64,000 nt of DNA from an uncultured delta proteobacterium (GCA_963803435.1 CAWDML010000003.1:192001-256000); one strand, 5' to 3'. Positions 20,234 to 30,323 are shown, counted from the stretch's first letter. Program-made: numbers and translations. The notes: generated from the letters alone by a model not told the origin.

Positions 20234-21566
20234 TTGAACTCTCCGGCGCCCTCGGCGGTGTTATTCACGATGGAATCGTTCTTGCTCCCGCCGTCCCCTC
20301 TCGAGTGGCTCCCAGAAAATCATCTCGCGTACTTCGTCTTGGACGTCGTCGATGAGGTAGAGCTGAGCGCGATCGAGATCTCGATCCAGTCCAGGGACCC
20401 GCGAGGCGAGCGACCGTACTCGCCTCGAATGATGATCGCGCTGCTTCTGTACGCCTACTGCACCGGCATCTATTCGTCGCGGAGGATCGCGCGGGCGACC
20501 TACGAAGACATTCCATTCCGGGTGCTGGCTGGAGAAAGTCATCCCCACTTCACGACGATCAACGAGTTTCGGCTCGTCCACCTGGAGGCGCTGAAAGCGC
20601 TCTTCCTCGAAGTCCTGAAGCTTTGCCAGAAAGCAGGTTTGGTGCGGCTCGGACACGTCGCACTCGATGGCTCGAAGGTGCAGGCGAACGCGAGCAAGCA
20701 CAAGGCGATGACCTACGAGCGGATGGCCGAGGAGGAGAACCGGCTGTCTCTCGAGATCGAAGAACTGCTGGAGCGAGCGCGCACGATCGACCAAGAGGAA
20801 GATGAGCAAAGCGGATGATGCTCTTGTGGATCGGGTGGAGCAGAAGCGAGCGAGAACTCGAGCCGAGAAGGCAAGAGCGCAGGCTGACCAGCTCGAACCA
20901 TCCCCAGACCCAACTGAACGAAATGAGGGATGGCCGCATCATCGCGTTCCTGCAAATGTGGACGGCACACCGAGGCCCCACGCTCAGAGGAACTTCACCG
21001 ACTCAGACAGCAGGATCATGTTGAAGGAGGGAGCGTACCTCCAGGCCTACAATGCCCAAGTTGTCGTAGATGAGCACGCTCAGGTGAGTGTCGCCGAAGG
21101 GGTCAGCAACCAGGCACCTGATCAGCAACACCTCGTCCCGATGCTCCGTGATGTGTTCGGCAACTGCGGCGATGCTCCGCGGAAGATGACGGCAGACAAC
21201 GGCTATCTGAGCGCGACCAACATCGAATTCTGCGACAACAATCAGATCGATGCCCACATCGCTGTTGGACGCGAACAGAACCAAGACGCGTCGACTCCGT
21301 CCTCATCAGCTTCGGAGCCCACACCTGCCTCGCTCGCTCGCAAGCGAATGCGAGACAAGTTGCAAACGCGCGACGGCAAGGCGGTCTACCCCCGCAGGAA
21401 GAGTATCGTCGAACCGGCGCTCGGACAGATCAAAGCGGCACGAGGATTCCGCCGGTTCTCGCTACGCTCCTTCTTCAAGGTACGAGCCGAGTGGACGCTC
21501 GTCTGCCTCACCCACAACCTGCTCAAGCTCTACCGATCGAAGCTCGCGACCGTCGCGAGCGTCTGA
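20234..21566 (+). pseudogene. IS1182-family transposase, split and internally deleted
   Basis: FLLPPSPLEWLPENHLAYF, YAYCTGIYSSRRIAR and ALDGSKVQANASKHKAM in 20234..20818; NFTDSDSRIM, QAYNAQ, ADNGY and RRKSIVEPALGQIK in 20802..21566. Confidence 0.88.
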
Positions 21567-21588
21567 CTCAAGGCAGCCATCTTCAGAT

Positions 21589-21623
21589 CGGGACCCGGAC
21601 CGGGACCGGGACCCGGACCGGGG
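21589..21623. repeat. Short tandem GGACC[C/G] hexamer repeat
   Basis: gggacccggaccgggaccgggacccggaccgggg. Confidence 0.75.
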
Positions 21624-21652
21624 TCGCGTGAGCGCTTACGCGCTACACGCTC

Positions 21653-22613
21653 CTAGCTCCCGAAGAACACGCGCATCGTGTCCTCGAGCGGTGGCTCCTC
21701 GATCCGGAGGTCCGCCACCGGAAGCGTGTCGAGCAGCCGTCGTACGGTCTCGGTCACCTCGGCCGGATTCACCTCGACGATCAGGAGCCCGTCCGTGTGC
21801 TCCTTGACGCGAAGGTCGCTGGCGACCGTGTCCACCGGGATCTGCAGGTGGACGCGGATCAACTTCGCCGGGTGCGTGCGTGCGATCAGCTCGGCGAGCG
21901 GGCCGTCGTGACGGATGGTGCCCTGGTCGATCACGATGACGCGGGGGCAGAGCTCGGCGACGTCGTCCATGTAGTGGCTGGTCAAGATGACCGTGGCGCC
22001 GGTCTGCTCGTTGTACGCCTTGATGAACGCCCGCACGGTCGCTTGCATGGTGACGTCGAGCCCGATGGTGGGCTCGTCCAGGAACAGGACCTTGGGACGG
22101 TGGATGAGCGCGCACGCGAGCTCGCACTTCATGCGCTCGCCGAGGGAGAGCTGGCGCGTGGGCTTGTCGAGGAGATCGCCCAGGCCGAGGAGCTCCGTGA
22201 GCTCGGCGATCGATGCAATCGAACGAGGATCGATCGATCTCATAGATCGCGCGATTGAGGTCGAGCGTATCGAGGGGCGGGAGATCCCAGATCAGCTGCT
22301 GCTTCTGGCCCATCACCAGGCTGATCTGTCGCAGGAGCTCCGGCGGGCGGCGCCTCGGGTCGAGGCCGAGGACCGACAGCTCGCCGCGGGTGGGGGTCAG
22401 CAGCCCCGCCAGCATCTTGAGCGTGGTCGTCTTGCCGGCGCCGTTCGGTCCGAGGAAGCCGACCCGCTCGCCGGCGGCGATCGAGAAGCTGATCGATCGC
22501 ACTGCCTCGACCTCCTCCCAGGTGCGGGAGAAGAGCGACTTCAACGACGCCGCCAGCCCCGCGCTCTTTCGCGCGATGCGGTACGTCTTCGTGAGGTCTC
22601 GAACCTGGATCAC
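21653..22613 (-). CDS. ABC transporter ATP-binding protein (ABC-2 type), apparent frameshift near 22217
   Basis: Walker A GPNGAGKTT in one frame; LSLGERMK, FLDEPT and TSHYM in the next. Confidence 0.88.
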
Positions 22614-22626
22614 GCCGGCGGCCGCG

Positions 22627-23376
22627 TCACATGTAGAGGCCGCCGTTGACGTTGAGCACCTGACCGCTCAGGTAGCCGGCGCGCTCGGAGGCGAGAAACA
22701 AGACGGCGTCCGCGATCTCGTCGGCGCTCGCCATCCGGCCCGCCGGGATCTGTCCCAGCAGCGCCTGCTGCGCCTCCGCCGGCATCGCCCGCGTCATGTC
22801 GGTGTCGACGAAGCCCGGGGCGATCACGTTGGCGGTGATGTTGCGCGAGGCCAGCTCGCGGGCGATGGACTTCGCCATCCCGTCGAGCGCCGCCTTGGTC
22901 GACGCATAGGCGGACTGACCGACGTTACCCATCTCCCCGACCACCGAGCCCATCATCACGATGCGGCCCCACTTGGCCTTCATCATGGGTCGCGAGGCGG
23001 CCCGCGCCAGATAGAACGCGCCGAAGACGTTCGTCTGGAAGATCCGCGCCAGGTCCTCGTCCTTGTAGCGCATCAACAGGCCGTCGAGGGAGACGCCGGC
23101 GTTGTTGACCAGGATGTGAAGGCCGCCGCGCTCCTTGGCGATGGCCTCCACCGCCTCCTTGCAGGCCTCCGGATCGCCGACGTCGAACCGCTTGGCCCAC
23201 GCCTTCCCGCCGGCCTGCTCGATGCTGTGGACGGTGGCGTGCGCCGCCTCCTCGTTCGAGGTGTACGAGATGACGACGTGCGCGCCTTCCCGCGCCAGCG
23301 CGACCGCCGAGGCGCGGCCGATACCGCGCGAACCGCCGGTGACGAGCGCGATCTTTCCCGAGAGTCCGAGCTCCAT
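22627..23376 (-). CDS. fabG: 3-oxoacyl-ACP reductase
   Basis: TGGSRGIG, NNAG, YASTK and APGFVDTDMT; downstream of fabD. Confidence 0.92.
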   Translation of the reverse strand: MELGLSGKIALVTGGSRGIGRASAVALAREGAHVVISYTSNEEAAHATVHSIEQAGGKAWAKRFDVGDPEACKEAVEAIAKERGGLHILVNNAGVSLDGLLMRYKDEDLARIFQTNVFGAFYLARAASRPMMKAKWGRIVMMGSVVGEMGNVGQSAYASTKAALDGMAKSIARELASRNITANVIAPGFVDTDMTRAMPAEAQQALLGQIPAGRMASADEIADAVLFLASERAGYLSGQVLNVNGGLYM

Positions 23377-23415
23377 GGCCGGCGCCTTAGCGCCCGCGGG
23401 GCCGGAGTGGCAAGC

Positions 23416-23943
23416 TCAGAGGGAGATGCCACGGGCCTCCAGGTCGCGCAGGACCGCCTCCATCGCGCGCTCCTCCTCGCCGACCTCGAGCCCGACTGCG
23501 CGCGCCCCCTCGAGGAAGGCAAGCAGCACCATGAACACCTGGAGGGACTCCCGCTCGTGGCCCTCGTGGTGGTCGGTGACCAGGTGCTCGAGGTGTTTCT
23601 CGAGCCGCCAGAAGTCGGCGAAGCAGGCCGTCTCCGGGCACTCCGCCAGCGGTCCGGTCGACACGAAGCTCGGTGCGAACACGAAGCCGATACCGGCCAC
23701 CGCAAAGCCCCGGCCGTCGTCGAGCAGCACGCGCAGATATCGCGAGCCGAGCTGAGGGATCCGCGCCTCCTCGACGCGCGCGATCTGTCCCCAGGCGAAC
23801 GTCAATCGCTTATCGTATTCGATCTCGATCAGGGTGACCGGATCGGTCGCCGCCTTGCCGGCGACCACGCGGAACACGAACCGGCCTTGTCGCTCGAGCC
23901 ATTCGCGCAAGGTAGCTTGCGCTTCCTCTCCGAGGTACGTCAC
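23416..23943 (-). CDS. Hypothetical protein translationally coupled to fabD
   Basis: GTG overlaps the fabD TGA; protein-like sequence VTYLGEEAQATLREWL... Confidence 0.65.
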   Translation of the reverse strand: MTYLGEEAQATLREWLERQGRFVFRVVAGKAATDPVTLIEIEYDKRLTFAWGQIARVEEARIPQLGSRYLRVLLDDGRGFAVAGIGFVFAPSFVSTGPLAECPETACFADFWRLEKHLEHLVTDHHEGHERESLQVFMVLLAFLEGARAVGLEVGEEERAMEAVLRDLEARGISL

Positions 23944-24875
23944 AGATCCTTCAACGTCTTCTCCAGCGACTCCGGATCCTGGACCGAGTGGACCTTCAGC
24001 TTGCGATCGATCCGACGCGCCAGCCCCATCAGGACCCTGCCCGGTCCGATCTCGATGCAGTCCGTCTCGCCCTGGTCGACGAGGTAGCGCACGATCTCCA
24101 CCCAGCGCACCGGCGCCGTCACCTGATCGATCAGCAGCCCCTTCACGCGGCCCGGATCCGAGTTTGGCGTCGCCTCCACGTTCGTCACCACCGGCGCGCT
24201 CGGTGCGCGCACCGTGATCGGCGCGAGCGCCTCCGCCAGCCGGTCGGCCGCCGGCTTCATCAATGCGCAGTGGAAGGGCGCGCTCACCGGCAGCGGCATC
24301 ACGCGCGATGCGCCCGCCGCCTGACAGCGCTCCGAGGCGTCCTTCACCGCGCCGGCCGCCCCCGAGATCACGGTCTGCTCCGGCGAGTTGAAGTTCGCCG
24401 CCGCCACCACGCCGCCGGTCGCCTCCCGCGCCTGCGCGCAGATCTCGGCGATCCGCTCCGGCGCCAGCCCGATCACGGCCGCCATCGCCCCCTCGCCCTG
24501 CGGCACCGCCTCCTGCATGAATCGACCTCGGGCCTGCACCAGCTTCACCGCGTCGGCGAAGGCCAGCGCGCCCACCGCCACCAGCGCCGACCACTCGCCG
24601 AGACTGTGGCCCGACGTAAATGTCGGCTTCAGACCCCCGCGGGCCTCCGCGAGCGCACGCCAGGCCGCGACGCTGGTGGTCAGGATCGCCGGCTGCGTGA
24701 TCTCGGTGCGTTTGAGCGCCGCCTCCGGACCTTCGAAGCAGAGGCTGGAGAGCTTCATCCCGAGCGCGTCGTCGGCTTCCTCGAACGTTCGTCTTGCCGC
24801 TTCGGATGCGTCCGAGAGCGCCTTGCCCATACCGCTCGATTGGCTCCCTTGCCCCGGGAACAGGAAGGTGACCAT
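23940..24875 (-). CDS. fabD: Malonyl-CoA:ACP transacylase
   Basis: FPGQGSQ, TQPAIL, GHSLGE and VSAPFHC. Confidence 0.96.
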   Translation of the reverse strand: MVTFLFPGQGSQSSGMGKALSDASEAARRTFEEADDALGMKLSSLCFEGPEAALKRTEITQPAILTTSVAAWRALAEARGGLKPTFTSGHSLGEWSALVAVGALAFADAVKLVQARGRFMQEAVPQGEGAMAAVIGLAPERIAEICAQAREATGGVVAAANFNSPEQTVISGAAGAVKDASERCQAAGASRVMPLPVSAPFHCALMKPAADRLAEALAPITVRAPSAPVVTNVEATPNSDPGRVKGLLIDQVTAPVRWVEIVRYLVDQGETDCIEIGPGRVLMGLARRIDRKLKVHSVQDPESLEKTLKDL

Positions 24876-24933
24876 GGGCGGCCGTCTACAATGTTATTTG
24901 CTCGCCGTGCAACTCGGGGTAGGCGTCCCCTCA

Positions 24934-25914
24934 ATGGTTCGCGCGCGCATCATCGGCACAGGCAGCTACGCGCCGGAGAAGGTGGTGACCAACGACGATC
25001 TCGCCAAGCGGATCGAGACCAGCGACGAGTGGATTCGGACTCGCACCGGCATCCGGGAGCGCCGCGTCGCCAAGGAGGGCGAGCAGACGTCCGACATGGC
25101 CGCCGCCGCCGCCCGCCGCGCCCTCGAGATGGCGGGCAAGACGCCCGACGACGTCGATCTCCTGATCGTGGGCACGATCTCCGGCGACATGCCGATGCCC
25201 TCGTGCGCCACCTTCGTCCAGGCGAAGCTCGGCGCCCGCGCGCCCGCCTTCGACGTCTCCGCGGCCTGCGCAGGATCGCTGTACGGCCTGGCGATCGCCG
25301 ACAAGTTCGTGCGGACCGGCGCGGCCCAGTGCGCGGTGGTCATCGGCGTCGAGCTCCTCTCTCGCCTCCTCGACTGGGAGGACCGGAACACGTGCGTGCT
25401 CTTCGGTGACGCGGCCGGTGCCATGGTGGTCGTCCCCGAGAAGGACGAGACCCGCGGCATCCTCTCCACGCACCTCCACGCCGACGGCACGCTCACCGAC
25501 ATCCTCAAGATCCCGGGGGGCGGCTCGCGCCATCCCATCACGCACGACGTGGTGGAGCGCCGGCTCCAATTCGTGAAGATGAACGGCCGCGAGGTCTACA
25601 AGGTCGCGGTCCGCTCGCTCACCGAGGTGGTGGAGGAGGCGCTGGCCGCCGAGGGTCTGACCGCCGAGGACATCACGCACGTGGTGCCCCACCAGGCCAA
25701 CATCCGCATCGTGGAGGCCGTCCTCGAGCGCCTGCAGGTGCCCGTCGAGAAGGCCATCCTCAACATCGATCGGTATGGGAACACGTCGAGCGCCTCGGTC
25801 CCCGTCACCCTGGACGAGGGCGTGCGCGGGGGCCGGATTCAGCCCGGAGATCTGGTCGCCATGATGGCCATCGGCGCCGGCATGACCTGGGGCAGCGCCC
25901 TGATCCGCTGGTAG
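24934..25914 (+). CDS. fabH: Beta-ketoacyl-ACP synthase III
   Basis: WIRTRTGIRERR, AACAG, PHQAN and GNTSSAS. Confidence 0.96.
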   Translation: MVRARIIGTGSYAPEKVVTNDDLAKRIETSDEWIRTRTGIRERRVAKEGEQTSDMAAAAARRALEMAGKTPDDVDLLIVGTISGDMPMPSCATFVQAKLGARAPAFDVSAACAGSLYGLAIADKFVRTGAAQCAVVIGVELLSRLLDWEDRNTCVLFGDAAGAMVVVPEKDETRGILSTHLHADGTLTDILKIPGGGSRHPITHDVVERRLQFVKMNGREVYKVAVRSLTEVVEEALAAEGLTAEDITHVVPHQANIRIVEAVLERLQVPVEKAILNIDRYGNTSSASVPVTLDEGVRGGRIQPGDLVAMMAIGAGMTWGSALIRW

Positions 25915-25916
25915 GC

Positions 25917-26099
25917 TTACTCGGTCTCGACTTCGATGACGGTGCGATCGGCGTACCAGCCGCAGGCCGGGCACATCCGATGCGGCATCTTCGGCGCGGC
26001 GCAGCTCGGGCACTTGGCGAGGGACGGGGCGTGGAGCGCGTCGTGGGAGCGCTGATGCTTGCGGCGGCGGTTGCTCTTCCGCTTCCTTGGGACTGCCAT
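25917..26099 (-). CDS. rpmF: 50S ribosomal protein L32
   Basis: MAVPRKRKS...CPSC...PHRMCPACGWY. Confidence 0.96.
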   Translation of the reverse strand: MAVPRKRKSNRRRKHQRSHDALHAPSLAKCPSCAAPKMPHRMCPACGWYADRTVIEVETE

Positions 26100-26148
26100 G
26101 GGACGCCCTCCTTTTCGCGGCTGAGCGCCCCTGTCAAGCGCTTCTTGA

Positions 26149-26739
26149 TTAGCTGGGCTTCTTGAGCGCCGCCAGCGGAGCCCAGCGCGGATCGCCGGCC
26201 GGACGGTTCTTCGCGTTGACGTCGTCGATGAGCGCTCGGGTGCGGGCGTCGCAGCCGGTCTCGTCCTCGCACGTCGGGTTCATCGCGATCTCGAGGAGCA
26301 GCCCCTCCCGCAGGACGTTCGGGAGGTCGACCCCATCGTCCGCATAGACGCCCTCGTCGAGCTCCGCGAAGACCGGGGTCCCGTCGGCGTCGCGGGCCAC
26401 GGTGCGCTCCGAGAACAGCATCTGCTCGAACTGCACCGCGACCGGGAGGAGGACCTCCGCCAGGCACCGCACGCAGGTCGACCGGAAGCGGGCGGTGGCC
26501 CGGCCGCGAATCAGTATGGGGGGCTGGGTCGCCATCGCCCCCATCGGCTGCACCTCCATCCGGGCGGTGGGGCCCTCCTGGCACACGAACGGGGTGGGGC
26601 CCGAGTCCAGCCCCAGCTGGCCGTCGACCCAAGCGGGGTCCAGGGTCTCCTCGAAGAGGAGGCCGTCATCAGGGAGGTGGTGAAGCTCCAGGCGCTCGGT
26701 GAGCGTGAGCCCCCGAGACCTTGCATCCGTCGCCGTCAC
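26149..26739 (-). CDS. yceD: YceD/DUF177 family protein
   Basis: CVRCL motif and C-terminal DPRWAPLAAL; upstream of rpmF; start inferred. Confidence 0.85.
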   Translation of the reverse strand: MTATDARSRGLTLTERLELHHLPDDGLLFEETLDPAWVDGQLGLDSGPTPFVCQEGPTARMEVQPMGAMATQPPILIRGRATARFRSTCVRCLAEVLLPVAVQFEQMLFSERTVARDADGTPVFAELDEGVYADDGVDLPNVLREGLLLEIAMNPTCEDETGCDARTRALIDDVNAKNRPAGDPRWAPLAALKKPS

Positions 26740-27053
26740 GGCCTCGTCGTTGGACGGTTCTCCGGGGTCTGTCAACCCAACCGGGCAGATGTAGTCACTC
26801 CACCGACCTACGGGGCCTTGACCCCACTCTGGTTCGGGGTGATAGGAATGGGCCCCAGCGTTGGGGGGGGCGGACGCCATGTTTGCGGGGTTTTACGAGC
26901 GGGGCCGCGGATCGAAGATCCAATCATTTCGATGAGTTACTCGTTTATTCCCCGTCGCGACCGCCCCGGCACAGATCGTGATCATATGCTTGCGCAGCGA
27001 GGTGGAGCAGCCTCGCAACAGGTTGAAACGCCCATAGGTAAGGGGTCGGAATA

Positions 27054-30000
27054 ATGAGAAGAAACTACGGAAGATGGAGCAGCCTGGGGTACGTGACCCT
27101 GGCGACTGTTCTCTCCACGGCGACGTGGAGTTGTAAAAAGAGCGCCGCCCTGTGCGGCGAAGGAACCGTTCTCAACGAGCAGGGCGTTTGCGTCCCGGTC
27201 GGTGGGAACATTGTCTGTCAGCAGGGTGAGCGTCTGAACTCCACGTCGAACGCGTGCGAGCGCTTCGACCCCTGCGATGGCGTGAACTGCGCCGACGTAC
27301 CGATGCCGGCGGGCGTGAGCACCCTCGAGGCCAGCGCCCAAGGTACGGCATGCATCTGCCTGCCCACGCAGTGCAATGCGAACTACTCGCTCCAGGCCGG
27401 AGCCTGCCTCCCCATCGTGGCTTGCGACGCAGGCTACCGCCAGGAAGGCAACCTCTGCCTCCCCGTCGAAGATGTGAGCTGCTACGACGCCCCGTCGTCG
27501 CCGCTGTGCATCCCGACCCGTTGCGCGGAGCAGCCGACGGCCTCCGACGGAACCGACCTTGCCGCGCTCGGCAAGTGCCTCGAGGATCCGCCGCCGCCGC
27601 CCGAGAGCTGCACCAACAACTGCCACAACGGCATCGAGGATCCGCACCCCTGGTACGGTGGCCCCGACCTCACCTGCACCGGTTGCCACGGCGGAAACGC
27701 CGAGGCCACGACCCGCGAGACGGCCCACGTGCCGATTCCTGCGGTCTGGCAGGCGGGCAGCACGCAGTGGGGACGTCCGAACCTCCGGTACTACGGAAAC
27801 TACGTCAGCCTGTTCGGTGTTGAGAACTTCGACGGCGGCGTCGAGTGGCTCCGCTTCCGCAATCCGTCCGACCTTCGCGCGGCCGACATGAGCTGCGGCA
27901 AGAACAGCGGTTGCCACCAGGACCGTGTTGAGAACGTGCGTCGCGCCGTGATGGCGACCGAACCGGGCCTGACGGGCGTTGCGACGATGCGCGACGCGAT
28001 TCCGCGGTCGGTGATCCGCGGTGATGACCCCGTCTACAAGTGGGACACCACCGAAGCCCAGACGCTCGGTCGGCCGCAGATCGAAGCGCTCTCCTACAAC
28101 CCCGAGTACCTTGGCTCGGTCCAGCGCTTCAACAAGGCGGGCGGCGGCGTCAATCGCGAGAACTACGGCGCGTACGATCAGATCGGGATCTTGAAGGAGA
28201 TCTACGAGAAGCAGTGCGGTGACTGCCACCTCGGCCACGCCGGCTTCAACCGCCGGTATGCCGACTTCCGTACGTCCGGCTGCGGCGCTTGCCACATGTC
28301 GTACGCCCTCGACGGTCGCTCGCGGTCGCAGGATCAGATGATCAAGAAGGACGAGCCGACCTACCCGGCCGCCTACGCGCAGATCGCCAACTACAACATC
28401 AACAACATCGACGTGCAGAACCTGGCCGGCACCTGGCTTGGCCCGGAGCGTCCCCATGCGTCGTATCACCGCCTCACCCGGCAGATCGCGTCCCAGCGCT
28501 GCGGTGCGTGCCACGTCGGCTCGAACCGAACCGATTGGCAGTATCGTGGCTACCAGATCGACCCGAACCGGACCGCGTTCAACGCCCTCAACGGCGGATT
28601 CTTGAACGCCGATCAGGTCCAGTTCACGGACGAGATCGACAACAACGCCGATGCGAACGCGCGCTACCACGGTCAGGCGCAGAATCAGGTCCTCAAGTTC
28701 GTGGACTGGAACAACGATGGTCTCGACGACATCCCGACGGACATTCACTACCAGGCGGGTCTCGAGTGCATGGACTGCCACACCGGCAACGAAATGCACA
28801 ACGAGCTGCAGTTCGTGAAGGTTCGCAAGGTCACCGATTGGAGCGATCCGTCGCAGGTGGCGAACATGTCCGGAGCGCTCTGGTCCCACCAGGATCAGGC
28901 GACCGAGGTGGAGTGCGTGAGCTGCCACGGCAACCTCGAGTACCGCGCGTTGCCGTATGACGCCGACAACCGTAACCCGGTCAAGAACCTCATCGCGTGC
29001 CCCGAGGCCGGTGAGACGATTCCGGACTACCCGACGCCGGCCGAATGCGCGCAGCTCGGGCGCGGTCGTTGGCTCTTGGGCAAGTTCGACGGTCAGTGGC
29101 ACTACGTCGCGCAGACGTACGACACGGTTGCGAACGTTGGAAACGGCACCGGCGGTGGTGCGATTTGGCCGAACGGCACTCCGGTCTACACGCTCAACGC
29201 GTCGATCTTCCACGGTCGGTACAATGCCGATCTGCTCGACGGCGTCGGACCTTGCCAGAACGGAAACATCACGACCTGCTACAAGGATCAGGCGAACAAT
29301 CAGAACCCGATCACGCAGGGCTTCTCGCACCTCGGCAAGAAGGCCGTCAGCGCGAACGATCAGATGGCCGGCGGACTCGAGTGCTACAGCTGCCACGCGA
29401 CCTGGAGCAACATGTGCTTTGGCTGCCACCTACGGCTGGCGGACACGAACGGCGCGGCGAATCTGTACACGCTGTCGGACGATACGGGTGAGCTGTCGAT
29501 CGGCGTCATGACGGAGGCCGACTTCACGTACATCTCGCCGCTCGATCAGCAGTACGGCATCAACTCCGAGGGGAAGATCTCGCAGTTCGAGCCCGAGACG
29601 AAGCAGCACGTGGCCCACACGGATCGCAACAATCAGCAGTACTTCGGGACACAGGTCATCGTGAACAACGACGCCAACATCCAGTACAACATTTACCGCG
29701 ACCGCGCGGGGTACGGGACGAGGCAGTACAACACGGAGCAGGTTGGTCTTCAGGTCAATGCCGATGGGCAGCTGTACGAGCAGTTCGCTCAGATGGATAA
29801 CAACGCCGGTCAGGGGCATCAGCAGATGATGCCGCACAGCGTCCAGCGTTCGCATCCCCTGATGGACTGCAACAATTGCCATCTCGACACGGCACAGGCC
29901 AACGCGGCGGCGGTCTCCGCGCGTTGGATGGCGAATCCGAACGGCTTCGCCAATGTGTCGGCCTACCTGGCTGTCTTGCAGAACACGGGCATTACGCGAA

Positions 30001-30323
30001 ACAACTCGAACCAGACGGTCAACGTCAACGCGGCCGCCGGGTTCCGCTTCGACGCGAACATCGATCCGACGGCGTTCACCGTGAACGAGCAGTCGGACTG
30101 GTGTGTGTTGTATGACGGGGTCGATAACGGATTCCCGCTCTGCTACAACAACCACGTCATCAAGCAGGGTGGTTTCGGATTGCAGTTCGACGGGCAGTAC
30201 GCGCGTCAGTATCCGACGTTCGAACAGACGGCGGGCCCGCTGAACGGGAGGTTGCTCACCAAGATGCTGACAGAGGTCTTGGTGAACAACCAAGGTGTGC
30301 AGTACCGCTCGGGTCGGAGGTAA
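27054..30323 (+). CDS. Large multiheme c-type cytochrome lipoprotein
   Basis: Lipobox-like TWSC; 9 CxxCH motifs (CTGCH, CGDCH, CGACH x2, CMDCH, CVSCH, CYSCH, CFGCH, CNNCH) plus CTNNCH and CGKNSGCH; Cys-rich N-terminal repeats; AAGGGG RBS. Confidence 0.9.
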   Translation: MRRNYGRWSSLGYVTLATVLSTATWSCKKSAALCGEGTVLNEQGVCVPVGGNIVCQQGERLNSTSNACERFDPCDGVNCADVPMPAGVSTLEASAQGTACICLPTQCNANYSLQAGACLPIVACDAGYRQEGNLCLPVEDVSCYDAPSSPLCIPTRCAEQPTASDGTDLAALGKCLEDPPPPPESCTNNCHNGIEDPHPWYGGPDLTCTGCHGGNAEATTRETAHVPIPAVWQAGSTQWGRPNLRYYGNYVSLFGVENFDGGVEWLRFRNPSDLRAADMSCGKNSGCHQDRVENVRRAVMATEPGLTGVATMRDAIPRSVIRGDDPVYKWDTTEAQTLGRPQIEALSYNPEYLGSVQRFNKAGGGVNRENYGAYDQIGILKEIYEKQCGDCHLGHAGFNRRYADFRTSGCGACHMSYALDGRSRSQDQMIKKDEPTYPAAYAQIANYNINNIDVQNLAGTWLGPERPHASYHRLTRQIASQRCGACHVGSNRTDWQYRGYQIDPNRTAFNALNGGFLNADQVQFTDEIDNNADANARYHGQAQNQVLKFVDWNNDGLDDIPTDIHYQAGLECMDCHTGNEMHNELQFVKVRKVTDWSDPSQVANMSGALWSHQDQATEVECVSCHGNLEYRALPYDADNRNPVKNLIACPEAGETIPDYPTPAECAQLGRGRWLLGKFDGQWHYVAQTYDTVANVGNGTGGGAIWPNGTPVYTLNASIFHGRYNADLLDGVGPCQNGNITTCYKDQANNQNPITQGFSHLGKKAVSANDQMAGGLECYSCHATWSNMCFGCHLRLADTNGAANLYTLSDDTGELSIGVMTEADFTYISPLDQQYGINSEGKISQFEPETKQHVAHTDRNNQQYFGTQVIVNNDANIQYNIYRDRAGYGTRQYNTEQVGLQVNADGQLYEQFAQMDNNAGQGHQQMMPHSVQRSHPLMDCNNCHLDTAQANAAAVSARWMANPNGFANVSAYLAVLQNTGITRNNSNQTVNVNAAAGFRFDANIDPTAFTVNEQSDWCVLYDGVDNGFPLCYNNHVIKQGGFGLQFDGQYARQYPTFEQTAGPLNGRLLTKMLTEVLVNNQGVQYRSGRR

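Larger units (their letters stand above)
20006..21656 (+). mobile_element. Decayed insertion-sequence region (IS1182-like), lower GC than flanks; boundaries uncertain
   Basis: Transposase remnant; MITE-like end at 20006; ...ACACGCTCCTAG at 21645-21656 resembles an IS end with a CTAG target. Confidence 0.55.

Noticed and set aside
26982-29429. 815-aa minus-strand ORF
   Set aside because: Antisense to the multiheme cytochrome with no motifs; typical of stop-poor high-GC DNA.
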